From assembly GCA_964469565.1 (NCBI GenBank), contig CAYXZD010000005.1, forward strand, positions 43,463 through 107,462: a stretch of DNA of 64,000 nucleotides, written 5' to 3'. Of this stretch, positions 46,505 through 55,816 are shown one piece after another. Both the position numbers and the translations under genes were made by a program. Source of the DNA: an uncultured Planctomycetaceae bacterium (GTDB lineage Bacteria; Planctomycetota; UBA1135; GCA-002686595). Within the stretch, counting starts at the first letter, position 1. Every line of letters begins with the position of its first letter. The notes beneath the pieces were generated by a model. That model saw only the letters and a list, made by a program, of their open reading frames with translations, made no database searches and was not told where the DNA came from.

Positions 46505-47773
46505 CTAACGCTCCGCAGGAAAAGACGCACCGGATCGCAACGTCTGTTTGACTCCGGCTAGGAATACCGCGTCCACAGGGGGCATCCCGAGGGTGAGTTC
46601 CTCCATGATCTGATCTGGGCTGGCCGCATGGGTCTCAAACAAGACTAGGTCGGCCCGAAAACCTGGAGCAATGGAACCCACTTGATGGGCAAGCCCTAAG
46701 GCCTTGGCAGAACCCATTGTTGCCATTTGCCATGTTTCCTTGGGGGGAACGTCCGGGTGCTCACACCTCAGGGCCTTCATCTCGCTGCGCATGTCCAGAT
46801 CATCGTTACTCGCAGCAGAGTCCGTTCCTAGGCCTAGGGTGACCCCTGCCGCTCGGTATTCCTGCAGCGGAAACTTGGGCCGATCAAAAAAACGGTGGGT
46901 TCCTGGGCAATGAACCACACTGGCACCGGCCGTCGCAATACGCAGCACCTCTCCCTTTGCCGGACAGTTCCCATGTACCAAGGCAGTGGCCGGGCGAAGG
47001 AGCCCCGCACGATCAATCAAGTCCAAGCCCGAGCATCCTGGTGAGGGACCAAGCTGCCCGACCAAGGGCCCCTCCCCTTCCAATAGAAACTGCCCCTCCT
47101 CAGGAGTTTCCGCCCAGTGAATCGCCACGGACTGGTCCAGTCCACAGAGCCGACCCAACTCATTGAACAGAACCGGACTGACTGTGAACGGTGCGTGAGG
47201 AGACACCCCAGATGGGCATGAACTGGAAGCCAACGCCGTCCGTAGATTCGTCAAGGCTGGCTCGGTGCGCTGCAGGTCTCCCGCATCGAGCACCTCGTGG
47301 AATAGGCGCACCACGAGGGCAGCCTGCTCAGCCCAGGAGGCGCTCTGCCCCAGGGTCGTAATCTCCCCCACGCAGGTGGTACCCGTTTCTAACAGACGAC
47401 GAGCACCTGCCTCGACACCGCTACGAATCTCACGCGGATCTAGCTGGGAGCGTTCTTTCAGCAGTGCGCCAATCCACTGACCAAAGTGATCGCCCGCCGG
47501 AACGCGGCCGGCCAGGGGTGTGAGCTCCAGGTGGGCGTGAGCATTGACCAATCCTGGGCAGAGTACACCATCCCCCAAGTCTTGCACCTGTGCATCCAAG
47601 GACCTAGCTAATCGAGCCACCGCCGCCGCACCCACGGCAACGGCTCCGATGCGCCCATTCTCCACCGACACGGCAGCCTCAGCACACAGGCCAGGGTCCT
47701 GGACCATGACCCACCGTGCGCGCAACACCATCGGTGCTGCACCCTTGATTGCCGATTCTCGGAGGCTGGTCAC
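46505..47773 (-). CDS. Amidohydrolase-superfamily deaminase/chlorohydrolase-like protein (aminodeoxyfutalosine-deaminase-like)
   Basis: GLVNAHAHLELT (HxH metal site), VAIHWAET, ALVHGN, LGLGTDSAASN (Asp metal ligand). The start may be M15 (MVLRARWVMV). Confidence 0.75.
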   Translation of the reverse strand: MTSLRESAIKGAAPMVLRARWVMVQDPGLCAEAAVSVENGRIGAVAVGAAAVARLARSLDAQVQDLGDGVLCPGLVNAHAHLELTPLAGRVPAGDHFGQWIGALLKERSQLDPREIRSGVEAGARRLLETGTTCVGEITTLGQSASWAEQAALVVRLFHEVLDAGDLQRTEPALTNLRTALASSSCPSGVSPHAPFTVSPVLFNELGRLCGLDQSVAIHWAETPEEGQFLLEGEGPLVGQLGPSPGCSGLDLIDRAGLLRPATALVHGNCPAKGEVLRIATAGASVVHCPGTHRFFDRPKFPLQEYRAAGVTLGLGTDSAASNDDLDMRSEMKALRCEHPDVPPKETWQMATMGSAKALGLAHQVGSIAPGFRADLVLFETHAASPDQIMEELTLGMPPVDAVFLAGVKQTLRSGASFPAER

Positions 47774-47816
47774 AAGAGTATCCCCGCCTAACTCCTCTAG
47801 GGTCTACCCCCTGCCC

Positions 47817-50800
47817 TCAATCGGGAATGGCGCGCATACGCAAGTTGGTCACACCAGCCACATCCACTAGGACATCTCCGGGGGTATCGACGCCTTGCAC
47901 GGTGCCATCGTAGATGACGACAAAACGCACAACGTTGGGAGCCACTGCAAAATCATTGAGCAGCGCGGGGTGGTCGACCCAAGGGGTAACCGAGGTGGGA
48001 TCGATCCCCGAGCTAAAATCGTTGATGTCGCCGTTACAGGGATCACCTGAACCGTCAAGCCGGGCACCCTGGAAGCGCACCACGACAGGTGCCGCTTGGA
48101 CGGTCCCGCCCTGGGTACCGAGGCTCTTACCGAATTGGTTTTCAAAGGAACCTGCAAAGATCCCGTTGGCTCCTCGGAACGGCACAAGCACCTCGCTGCC
48201 ACTCGCCGTGTAGATCACGTCCATGTTCCAACCCATGTCATCGGGATCCCCTGTGTTGTCATCGTCGTCGTCATCCACGAATGCGAGGGCGAAGAACACA
48301 CCAGAGGGTGCCAACCAGCAGGAAACCGAGGCCGAAATCGAGTCAGGACGGAATGCTGAAGGGATCCAGCCGGGTCCGTCGAGCGGATCTTGACCCGAAT
48401 CGACACTCACCCAAGACATGGACTCATCCGTCGGGTCGTAGGGCAGAATCGACGGCGCCACTAAGGATCGATCAATGATCCCTGCCACATCTTCAATGCG
48501 CACGAGTCCAGGACTCCCCACGCCTCCCTGAGCAAGGCTCCACACCCCCTGGCCACCCAGTCCACCGCTCACATCGATCGTGCCGGCGGTTGGAGCGATG
48601 TCCACGACAATGCTCTGCAGTTTGAGTGAACCGCCGCTGCCGCCCCCCCCCGGGGTCGCAAACTGGCCGAAGTCCACCTTCGAGGAATCCCCGGTGCATG
48701 CAGTCGGGCCCGTATCGCCCCGGGCCTGGCCACCCTGCCCTCCGTTCAGGCGAATCTGTCCATCCACCGTCAGGCGCTTCCCGGCCGTGAGCTGCAATGC
48801 GCCCCCACCCGAACCTCCCATGGCTCCGGAATGATCATGCCAAGCACGGAAAAAGGCGTTCGTTCCGATGCAAGCTGTGCCACCGCCGCTGGGACGCCAC
48901 GTAACGGCCCCGTGGGGGTGATTGCCCCCACCCCCGCCTCCACTGCCACCCCGCAGGTTTCCATCCCACCAATTGAGAAGGCGTTGGGTGTACCCAGTGT
49001 TGACGTCATCGGGCAGTTCAAGCCCGACCTGGGAAGCAAGCCCCCCCGCCGTATCGGGCGCACCATTATCTTGGCCCTCGGGGAAATCTGAGAATGCGGT
49101 CACGGAGGCTGAGGTGCCCACACCTCCGTCCAAGGCATAGGCTCCGCCAGACCCCGATCCACCCACCATAAGACTGCGACACTCGCTGCTCCCGATTGGA
49201 CTGAAGCTCGTGTCAAAATTGAAGCCCAGTCCGTGATTGTTGTTTCCCACAGTCGTGGTCGTGTCGACGGTCGGATAGTTCGTGGGGTATTGCACACCCC
49301 CGCCTCCACCGCCCACGCCAGCCGCTCGACCCACACCCTGGCCCGGCCGACCCGCAGTATCCGCTCCTGGGTTCGAAATCACGCTGCTCTCGCAGAGGCT
49401 CAGAACAGTCATTCCTGTGTTGATAGCCATGTCGAAACGATCTCCGCCGAATCCACCATCCCCTGCGCCTGCGGGGCCCGTCGGCGCAACGAGGTCCGTG
49501 TCGGGATTCTCCACTTCCGAGTCATGGTCAAGAGGTTGCACACCACTCAAGTCTAGAATCGTGCCAGCATTGACGGTTGCTGTTCCCCGAGCATAGATCC
49601 GTGCAGGATTCGTACCCTCGATTCGAAGGATCGAGCCCGCGCCAATAGAGAGGGAGTCGAACTCAAACACCCCATCGGTGACCGTCGCGGACGTCGGGAA
49701 ATTGCCGATGGTACCCGGGAAGCCTACCGGATCTGGGTTGCCGATGATGTCGGGTAAGAGATTGGTCGGCAGGCCATCCGCCATAGTCAACGGAAACGTC
49801 TGCAGGTCGGTATTGAGAACGACGGTAGCGCCCGAAGGAATGATCAAGTCACCGAGGCGACCAGACCCCCCGCCGATGCCAGGACTCAAGCGGCCGCCGC
49901 CCCACAGGGCACCACTGCGAATGCCATCCTCGTGGGAGTTCGGATCGGGCCAGGACAGTTGGAAGTCTTCGCCACCATCGGGAACCACCACCTCTCCGAG
50001 CAGAGGAAGCTCAGTCACGAATGAATGCGCCCCTCCGCCAGTTGAAATGGAATTGGCCACGAGGTCCTGCACTGCGGGAGGCAGGGTCACGACGATGCGC
50101 CGTGGATTGCTCGGAGCATTCGGACCGGCAGAGGGAAGCGGCGCATCAGCCACGAAGTACAGGGTGGTCGTCAACTGAGCGAGATCTACACCGAATGTGA
50201 ATGTCCCCCCGATGGCAGTCCGGTCAGCCGTGGTCAAATCCCCGTCTTCATCCACCTCGATATCAATATTGGGAGACTGCCCCGTGGACGGATCGAGCAA
50301 TGTCGCCACGTTCATCACGTCGTCGAATTCAAAGCGCAATTGGGTTTGCCGGTACACATCAAACAACTCCGTCCCGGTATTCATCAACACATCAGAAACG
50401 ATGATCGGGTCGCCATTGGTGTCGTAGTCCACCACCTGGTCCACGAATATCTGTACGGAAGGGTCACCCGGCACAGGATCAATCACCCCCTCTGTAGTCT
50501 TGATGGTGCACTGCATACGTGTCTTGTTGTCCACTCCAGCCGTGCTTTGCAAGAACGGGCCCGTATCCGACTGTTGGGTTCCCGGCAGGAAAATGCGATA
50601 GGACGTGGCCGATGCAAAACCGTGGATCGGCGTCCCGTTCTGATCAAACGTGAGTGAAGGCCGGAAAATCATCCGGCGGGCATCAGTCGGGTCGCTAAAG
50701 AACTGCCCGGAGGGAGTGGTCCCGTTAGCCACATCGGTTATCCGGAACGAGCTTGAATTCGCGCTGAACAGGTCGATCGGTTCTGAGAACACGATCGAAA

Positions 50801-50996
50801 TCTCTTGGTTCTGATAGGTGTTGGAGATCGAACAATTGACCTCATTGCCTGTCACGCCATCTGTACACCCAAGGGTACAGGAAACCACGTAGAAACTCCC
50901 TTCAGCGGGTTTGCTGCCACTCTCGGTAGAGCAACCAGCACTGAAGGCAAGAAGAGACAGGGGCAGGACGAGGTGATGAAGGCGCGGAGTCCACAT
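47817..50996 (-). CDS. Giant glycine-rich lipoprotein, paralogue 1 (N-terminal Ig-like/SbsA-like modules plus a predicted beta-helix-like Gly-rich core), function unknown
   Basis: 1059 aa. Signal plus lipobox (LLAFSAGC). EISIVFSEPIDLFSANSSSFRITDV resembles SbsA-type Ig-like domains. Gly-rich blocks: LRGGSGGGGGGNHPHG, HSGAMGGSGGGALQLTAGKRLTVDG, ATPGGGGSGGSLKLQSIVVDI, GLVRIED. Strongly similar to the upstream neighbour. Confidence 0.85.
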   Translation of the reverse strand: MWTPRLHHLVLPLSLLAFSAGCSTESGSKPAEGSFYVVSCTLGCTDGVTGNEVNCSISNTYQNQEISIVFSEPIDLFSANSSSFRITDVANGTTPSGQFFSDPTDARRMIFRPSLTFDQNGTPIHGFASATSYRIFLPGTQQSDTGPFLQSTAGVDNKTRMQCTIKTTEGVIDPVPGDPSVQIFVDQVVDYDTNGDPIIVSDVLMNTGTELFDVYRQTQLRFEFDDVMNVATLLDPSTGQSPNIDIEVDEDGDLTTADRTAIGGTFTFGVDLAQLTTTLYFVADAPLPSAGPNAPSNPRRIVVTLPPAVQDLVANSISTGGGAHSFVTELPLLGEVVVPDGGEDFQLSWPDPNSHEDGIRSGALWGGGRLSPGIGGGSGRLGDLIIPSGATVVLNTDLQTFPLTMADGLPTNLLPDIIGNPDPVGFPGTIGNFPTSATVTDGVFEFDSLSIGAGSILRIEGTNPARIYARGTATVNAGTILDLSGVQPLDHDSEVENPDTDLVAPTGPAGAGDGGFGGDRFDMAINTGMTVLSLCESSVISNPGADTAGRPGQGVGRAAGVGGGGGGVQYPTNYPTVDTTTTVGNNNHGLGFNFDTSFSPIGSSECRSLMVGGSGSGGAYALDGGVGTSASVTAFSDFPEGQDNGAPDTAGGLASQVGLELPDDVNTGYTQRLLNWWDGNLRGGSGGGGGGNHPHGAVTWRPSGGGTACIGTNAFFRAWHDHSGAMGGSGGGALQLTAGKRLTVDGQIRLNGGQGGQARGDTGPTACTGDSSKVDFGQFATPGGGGSGGSLKLQSIVVDIAPTAGTIDVSGGLGGQGVWSLAQGGVGSPGLVRIEDVAGIIDRSLVAPSILPYDPTDESMSWVSVDSGQDPLDGPGWIPSAFRPDSISASVSCWLAPSGVFFALAFVDDDDDDNTGDPDDMGWNMDVIYTASGSEVLVPFRGANGIFAGSFENQFGKSLGTQGGTVQAAPVVVRFQGARLDGSGDPCNGDINDFSSGIDPTSVTPWVDHPALLNDFAVAPNVVRFVVIYDGTVQGVDTPGDVLVDVAGVTNLRMRAIPD

Positions 50997-51323
50997 GGGT
51001 CAAGCGTCAATGTGAGAGTACTAGGGGGCGAATAGTGATTCAGAGACTGCCCGATACTACAGCAAGCGGGCCCGACACACTCAACCCAAGCGGGGGATCT
51101 TGCACCCTACCTAGGCCCGAAGCCCCTGACCCCACCGCCGCGGGTCTCGACACGATTCATACGCCAAGCATGAAGGCCCTCATCGGCCTTCACTGGCTCG
51201 GAGCACGAACGCCCCCGCCCCCCCAGACTCGGGGGATGTTCAGGCGGGGATCAGACGATCTGGGTCAGGCTGCAGCAAGCGCACCGGATGGTTCAGGCCA
51301 CCCACACACACTTCGTGCCTGCC

Positions 51324-54300
51324 TTAGTCGGGAAGGACGCGCACCCAGAAATTCGTGATGCCACCCACCTGGTCAAGAATCTGGCGGGGGATGTCCCCGG
51401 GCAAGCGCGTGTTGTCGAAGATGACAACGAAGCGCATCAGGTTCGGGGGGGGCTGGAAATCATTGAGCACCGATGGGTGGTCCACCCACGGCGTGACAGA
51501 ACCTGGAACGAGACCGTTATTGGGATCATTCAAGTCAAGGTCACAATTACTCACCGGGCCCGTTGCGCGGGCACCTTGAAAGCGCACCACGATGGGTGCT
51601 GCAGGCACCGTGCCGCCCTGAGTACCCAAGCTCTTTCCAAACTCGTTCTCGAAGGAGCCTAGGAAGAACCCATTGGCCCCCCGGAATGGAATCGTCACCT
51701 GTGATTGTCCCGGGGGAGTATAGAGCAGATCCATATTCCAACCCATCTGTGCGGCTGAACCCGTATCCGAGTTGGCTTCATCATCCACAAAGTAGACCGA
51801 GTTCACGGTGGACCCAATCGGAGTCAACCAGCAGGAGGAAGTGCCTGAAAAGGAGTCGGGTCGGTTATTGCTGATGACCCAGCCCGGACCATCTGCAGCA
51901 TCGGGGCCACTGTCCACACTCACCCAGCCAAGAGAGTTGTCTGTCGGATCGAAGGGCAGAATGGAAGGAGCAGCCGCTGCGCGGGTGATTCCCAACATGT
52001 CCTCGATGCGAACAAGTCCGGCTCCACCGGAACCGCCGACCGAATTAGCCCATTGCTTTGCCGTACCGCCCGCACCCCCTGAAACATTGATCGTTCCCGG
52101 TGTTGCTGAAAGATCCACCACGATGCTCTGCAATTTGACCGCTCCGCCGCTGCCGCCTCCGCCTGGAGTCGCGTACTGGCCGAAGTCAATATCACACAGA
52201 GCAGGGGGAAGTTCGTTGCGAGGTTCGCCGCCTCGGCTTCCCCGTGCATCGATCGTCCCGTCCACGGTGATGCGCTTACCGGAAGTCAGGGCCAAGGCGC
52301 CACCGCCAAATCCTCCACGGGCTCCCGAATGATCCACCCAGGCATGGAACATTGACAGGGGACCGACACAAGCATCGACGTTGGCCCCGTTGTGGCCATC
52401 AGCCCAGGTGCCATAGGGGTGGCCGCCTCCCCCACCGCCACCACTGCCGCCCCGCAGGTCTCCTCGGGTCCAATTCAATTTGCGCGCTACGTAGCCCACA
52501 TTGTTCTCCGCAGGTGGGTTCAAGCCAACCTCAGAGGGGTCCCCCCCGGGCGTATCCGCTGCGTTGTTACTCGTGCCAGGGAAGTCCGTGGTAGGAAAGA
52601 GCGAGGAAGCCACCCCGATTCCGCCGGCCGTGGCATAACTTCCCCCGGACCCCGAACCGCCGACCATAAAACTGCGACATTGGGTATCGAGGGTAATCGG
52701 GTCGAAGAGGGTGTTCACATTGAATCCAATCCCCTGGGCTCCCGTAGTTTGCAGGTCAACCGCAGGGTAACGCTGGGGATACTTATCCCCACCCAATCCC
52801 GCGCCTTTCTTACCCTCGCGCCCAACGCCCATGCCCTTGTATCCAGAGGTGTGGGCATCAGCCACGAAAACGGGATCGTTCTCACAGGCAAGGAGGGCGA
52901 CCATGGCCGCATTGACGGTCATGTCAAAACGTGATCCGCCAAATCCACCATCACCGCCACTCGCAGCGTTGAGGGGAGTGGAGAGGAGGAGCTTAGGATC
53001 AGTGATCGTGGAATCGTGATCCGCAGGGACAACACCAGTTAGGTCAATGACCGCCCCGGGCTTCACTTCCACGGGCCCACGAACATACAAGCGTGCTGGA
53101 TTGATGCCCTCGAACCGCAGGGAACTGCCGGGCTCCATCACCAAAGAATTGAACTCGAAAGCACCGTCGGTCACGGTAATGGAAGTCGGGAAGTTGCCCA
53201 CAGTCCCCGGGAACCCCACGGGGTCAGGGTTGCCAATCACGTCCGGGATCTGGCTGATCAAGAATCCATCGGATGTGGTCAGCGGGAAGGTCTGGAGATC
53301 TGTATTCAGAATCACGCTCAACCCAGCGGGGATGAGAAGGTCTCCCAAGCGCCCCGAGCCTCCGCCAATCCCAGGTACCAGGGTGCCGCCGCCCCAGAAC
53401 GCACCGCTGCGATTGCCATCTTCATTGGAACCCGCCGAGGGCCAAGAGACGGTAAAATCCTCTCCACCGGGGGGCAGGAGGGATTCTTGGAACGTGGACA
53501 GTTCCGGGATGAACGACCGTGAGCCACCGCCGGCAGCAATCGGGTTCGAGACCAAATCCTGCACATTGGCAGGGATCGTAATCACGATGCGACGCGGAGC
53601 CAGTGGGGCAGTAGGACCTGCGGAGGGTAGGGGCAGGGTGGAATCGAAATACAGATAGGTCCGAAGGTTGTCGAAGTCCACACCGAAGCTGTAGTCACCA
53701 TCAACATCGTAGCGGTCGGCCGTGAGCAGATCTCCGTCATCGTCAACTTCGATGGAGATGAACGGTGATGACTTACTGGCCGGATCGAGCAGTGTAGCCA
53801 CGTTCATGATGTCATCAAAGGAAAACGTCACGCGCGTTTGACGGTACACGTCATCGATTTCCGGCGTGCTGGTCACCACCACGTCGTAATCAAACTGGTT
53901 CGCATTTCCGTTACCGTCATAACCCGTCACCACATCCACGGTGGTCACCACCGTGGGTGCCCCAGGCACGGGGTCGATGATGCCCTGGCTGGTGAGGATC
54001 GTGCACTCCAACCGGGACTGATTCGCTTGTCCGGACGTGCTTTGAATGAAGGGGCCGAAGACGTCTTGCACCTCACCCGGAATACGGATGGAGTATGAAG
54101 TGTCCGCCTTGAGACCAAAAATTGGGTTTCCGTTTTGATCAAAGGAAAGGGCTGGACGGAAGATCAGACGCTGGGGGTTGGTCGGGTCGCCGAAAAACTG
54201 CCCAGGAGGCGAAGTCCCATTCGAAACATCCACCACCTGGAAGGTACTGGAGTTGACCGAAAACACATCGATCGGCTGCGAGAAGAGAATCGAAATCTCT

Positions 54301-54533
54301 TGGTTCTGATAGGTATTGATAATGGAGCAGGTGATCTGGTCTCCCGCTGTTCCATTGGTGCAGCCCAAGGAACAGGACTCGACGTAGAAGGCACCGCTGC
54401 TCGCCCCTCCACCGCCGGAGCAAGCGGACAGCCCGCCCCCCAAACACAGCAAGAGCAGGAGGGAAGGCAGGGCGAAAAGGCCAGTGGCCGGATTGTGGGT
54501 CCGCTCGATACGCATGGAGGTCCGTGGGGGCAT
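51324..54533 (-). CDS. Giant glycine-rich lipoprotein, paralogue 2, function unknown
   Basis: 1069 aa. The start may be M7 (54515). Signal plus lipobox (GGGLSAC). Collinear with paralogue 1 from the N-terminus (FYVESCSLGCTNGTAGDQITCSIINTYQNQEISILFSQPIDVF) to the C-terminus (VTPWVDHPSVLNDF...RFVVIFD...VRVLPD). Confidence 0.85.
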   Translation of the reverse strand: MPPRTSMRIERTHNPATGLFALPSLLLLLCLGGGLSACSGGGGASSGAFYVESCSLGCTNGTAGDQITCSIINTYQNQEISILFSQPIDVFSVNSSTFQVVDVSNGTSPPGQFFGDPTNPQRLIFRPALSFDQNGNPIFGLKADTSYSIRIPGEVQDVFGPFIQSTSGQANQSRLECTILTSQGIIDPVPGAPTVVTTVDVVTGYDGNGNANQFDYDVVVTSTPEIDDVYRQTRVTFSFDDIMNVATLLDPASKSSPFISIEVDDDGDLLTADRYDVDGDYSFGVDFDNLRTYLYFDSTLPLPSAGPTAPLAPRRIVITIPANVQDLVSNPIAAGGGSRSFIPELSTFQESLLPPGGEDFTVSWPSAGSNEDGNRSGAFWGGGTLVPGIGGGSGRLGDLLIPAGLSVILNTDLQTFPLTTSDGFLISQIPDVIGNPDPVGFPGTVGNFPTSITVTDGAFEFNSLVMEPGSSLRFEGINPARLYVRGPVEVKPGAVIDLTGVVPADHDSTITDPKLLLSTPLNAASGGDGGFGGSRFDMTVNAAMVALLACENDPVFVADAHTSGYKGMGVGREGKKGAGLGGDKYPQRYPAVDLQTTGAQGIGFNVNTLFDPITLDTQCRSFMVGGSGSGGSYATAGGIGVASSLFPTTDFPGTSNNAADTPGGDPSEVGLNPPAENNVGYVARKLNWTRGDLRGGSGGGGGGGHPYGTWADGHNGANVDACVGPLSMFHAWVDHSGARGGFGGGALALTSGKRITVDGTIDARGSRGGEPRNELPPALCDIDFGQYATPGGGGSGGAVKLQSIVVDLSATPGTINVSGGAGGTAKQWANSVGGSGGAGLVRIEDMLGITRAAAAPSILPFDPTDNSLGWVSVDSGPDAADGPGWVISNNRPDSFSGTSSCWLTPIGSTVNSVYFVDDEANSDTGSAAQMGWNMDLLYTPPGQSQVTIPFRGANGFFLGSFENEFGKSLGTQGGTVPAAPIVVRFQGARATGPVSNCDLDLNDPNNGLVPGSVTPWVDHPSVLNDFQPPPNLMRFVVIFDNTRLPGDIPRQILDQVGGITNFWVRVLPD

Positions 54534-54843
54534 GTAGGAGCCCGTGTAAAATCAGCTGAGCCGAGAGGGGAGTCCTCGGCATAAAACAGGGGGGGGTAGT
54601 CCGAACCTCAAGCGAGCTCCAGACCCATGACCTACCCTAACCGGGACGCCTAGTTGCGCTCCAGTAGGAATCGGTGGGTCGAAGGGGCTCGTCAGAGATC
54701 AGGGGGGGCACTATATTGCCGTCTGTGCAGCCAATGCCAAGGCCTTGGCTAGGGCATCCGACAGACCCATGCATGCTCCCCCCCTCCGGGTGGGCTCAGA
54801 CGCCTCCCATCGCCACCCCCCTGGCCTCTCCGACCCCCCGCCC

Positions 54844-55815
54844 ATGTCCCTCCCAGAGCCATACCCCCCATCAGTGAACCCCAGCCGCCCAGCCTGCACG
54901 CTCCTGCTTTGCCTTGGGTTATGCTTCACCAGTTGTACGCTCGACTCTCCTGAGGACCCCAGCCCATCCAGCGGGAGTCCCACTGTTTCAAAAGGGGACG
55001 CCGGTTCTGACGGAGTGATTCGAGATGAAGCCGGGATTCCTGTCGGCGCTCCGGTCAGCCAAGCAGCTCGGGATGAGATCAAGGCCTTCGTCGAGGCCAT
55101 GATCCCACCACCGCTCGAAGAAACGAGCGACCTACACGACCAGTGGCTTCACCGCACACGCGCGCTGATCAAGGACCTGGAGACTCGGGGGGAAGAGCTT
55201 GGCCACGCTGCCCTGCACGCATTCAGCGGTGAAGTCAGCGACCGCACGGTTACACGCCATGCCCTGCTGTCCATCGGCGCTCGCTGCGCCCCCGAGAGCG
55301 CCGCACCTCTCCTCAACGAATTGATGGGTACCTACGGTTACCGAATCGATGACCGCACCTCCGCAGCCACCCTACTCGCGGAAGCGGATCCAGCCCTCTT
55401 CATGCAATCCGCCGGCCCACATCTGCGACGACGGGAACGGGCCAGCAAGACCATGCCCCCCGACGAATTCCTCATCCGTGGCTGGGTCACGGCATGCGCC
55501 AAGAGCGGCAAGTCCGCAGTGGACATGTGTGCAGACGTTGCCACCAACCTCGTCATCGACCCGCCCGCTCGTTACGCCGCCACCGAAGCCCTCGGCAAGT
55601 TTCCCCACGACCCTCTCGCACGCGAAGCCCTCAAGGCCAACCTTGTGGAGTCCACCGGCGACTCCTACCTCCGCCGCAAGGCTGCCCAAGCCATTCGAGT
55701 GTCGTTCAACCATGAGGAGGCCTGCGCCCTCTTCTCCCATGTCCTCTCCTTGGAAGTGGATGCAACCTTTGCTGCCTTCCTAACCGATATGCTGCAATCC
55801 ATGGGCTGCCGCTAG
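54844..55815 (+). CDS. Hypothetical lipoprotein with an alpha-helical (HEAT/ARM-like) body
   Basis: ORF 54745..55815 is listed from a TTG start. I prefer ATG 54844 (MSLPEPYPPSVNPSRPACTLLLCLGLCFTSC, signal plus lipobox-like). The helical repeat-like remainder has no recognised family. Confidence 0.55.
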   Translation: MSLPEPYPPSVNPSRPACTLLLCLGLCFTSCTLDSPEDPSPSSGSPTVSKGDAGSDGVIRDEAGIPVGAPVSQAARDEIKAFVEAMIPPPLEETSDLHDQWLHRTRALIKDLETRGEELGHAALHAFSGEVSDRTVTRHALLSIGARCAPESAAPLLNELMGTYGYRIDDRTSAATLLAEADPALFMQSAGPHLRRRERASKTMPPDEFLIRGWVTACAKSGKSAVDMCADVATNLVIDPPARYAATEALGKFPHDPLAREALKANLVESTGDSYLRRKAAQAIRVSFNHEEACALFSHVLSLEVDATFAAFLTDMLQSMGCR

Positions 55816-55816
55816 G

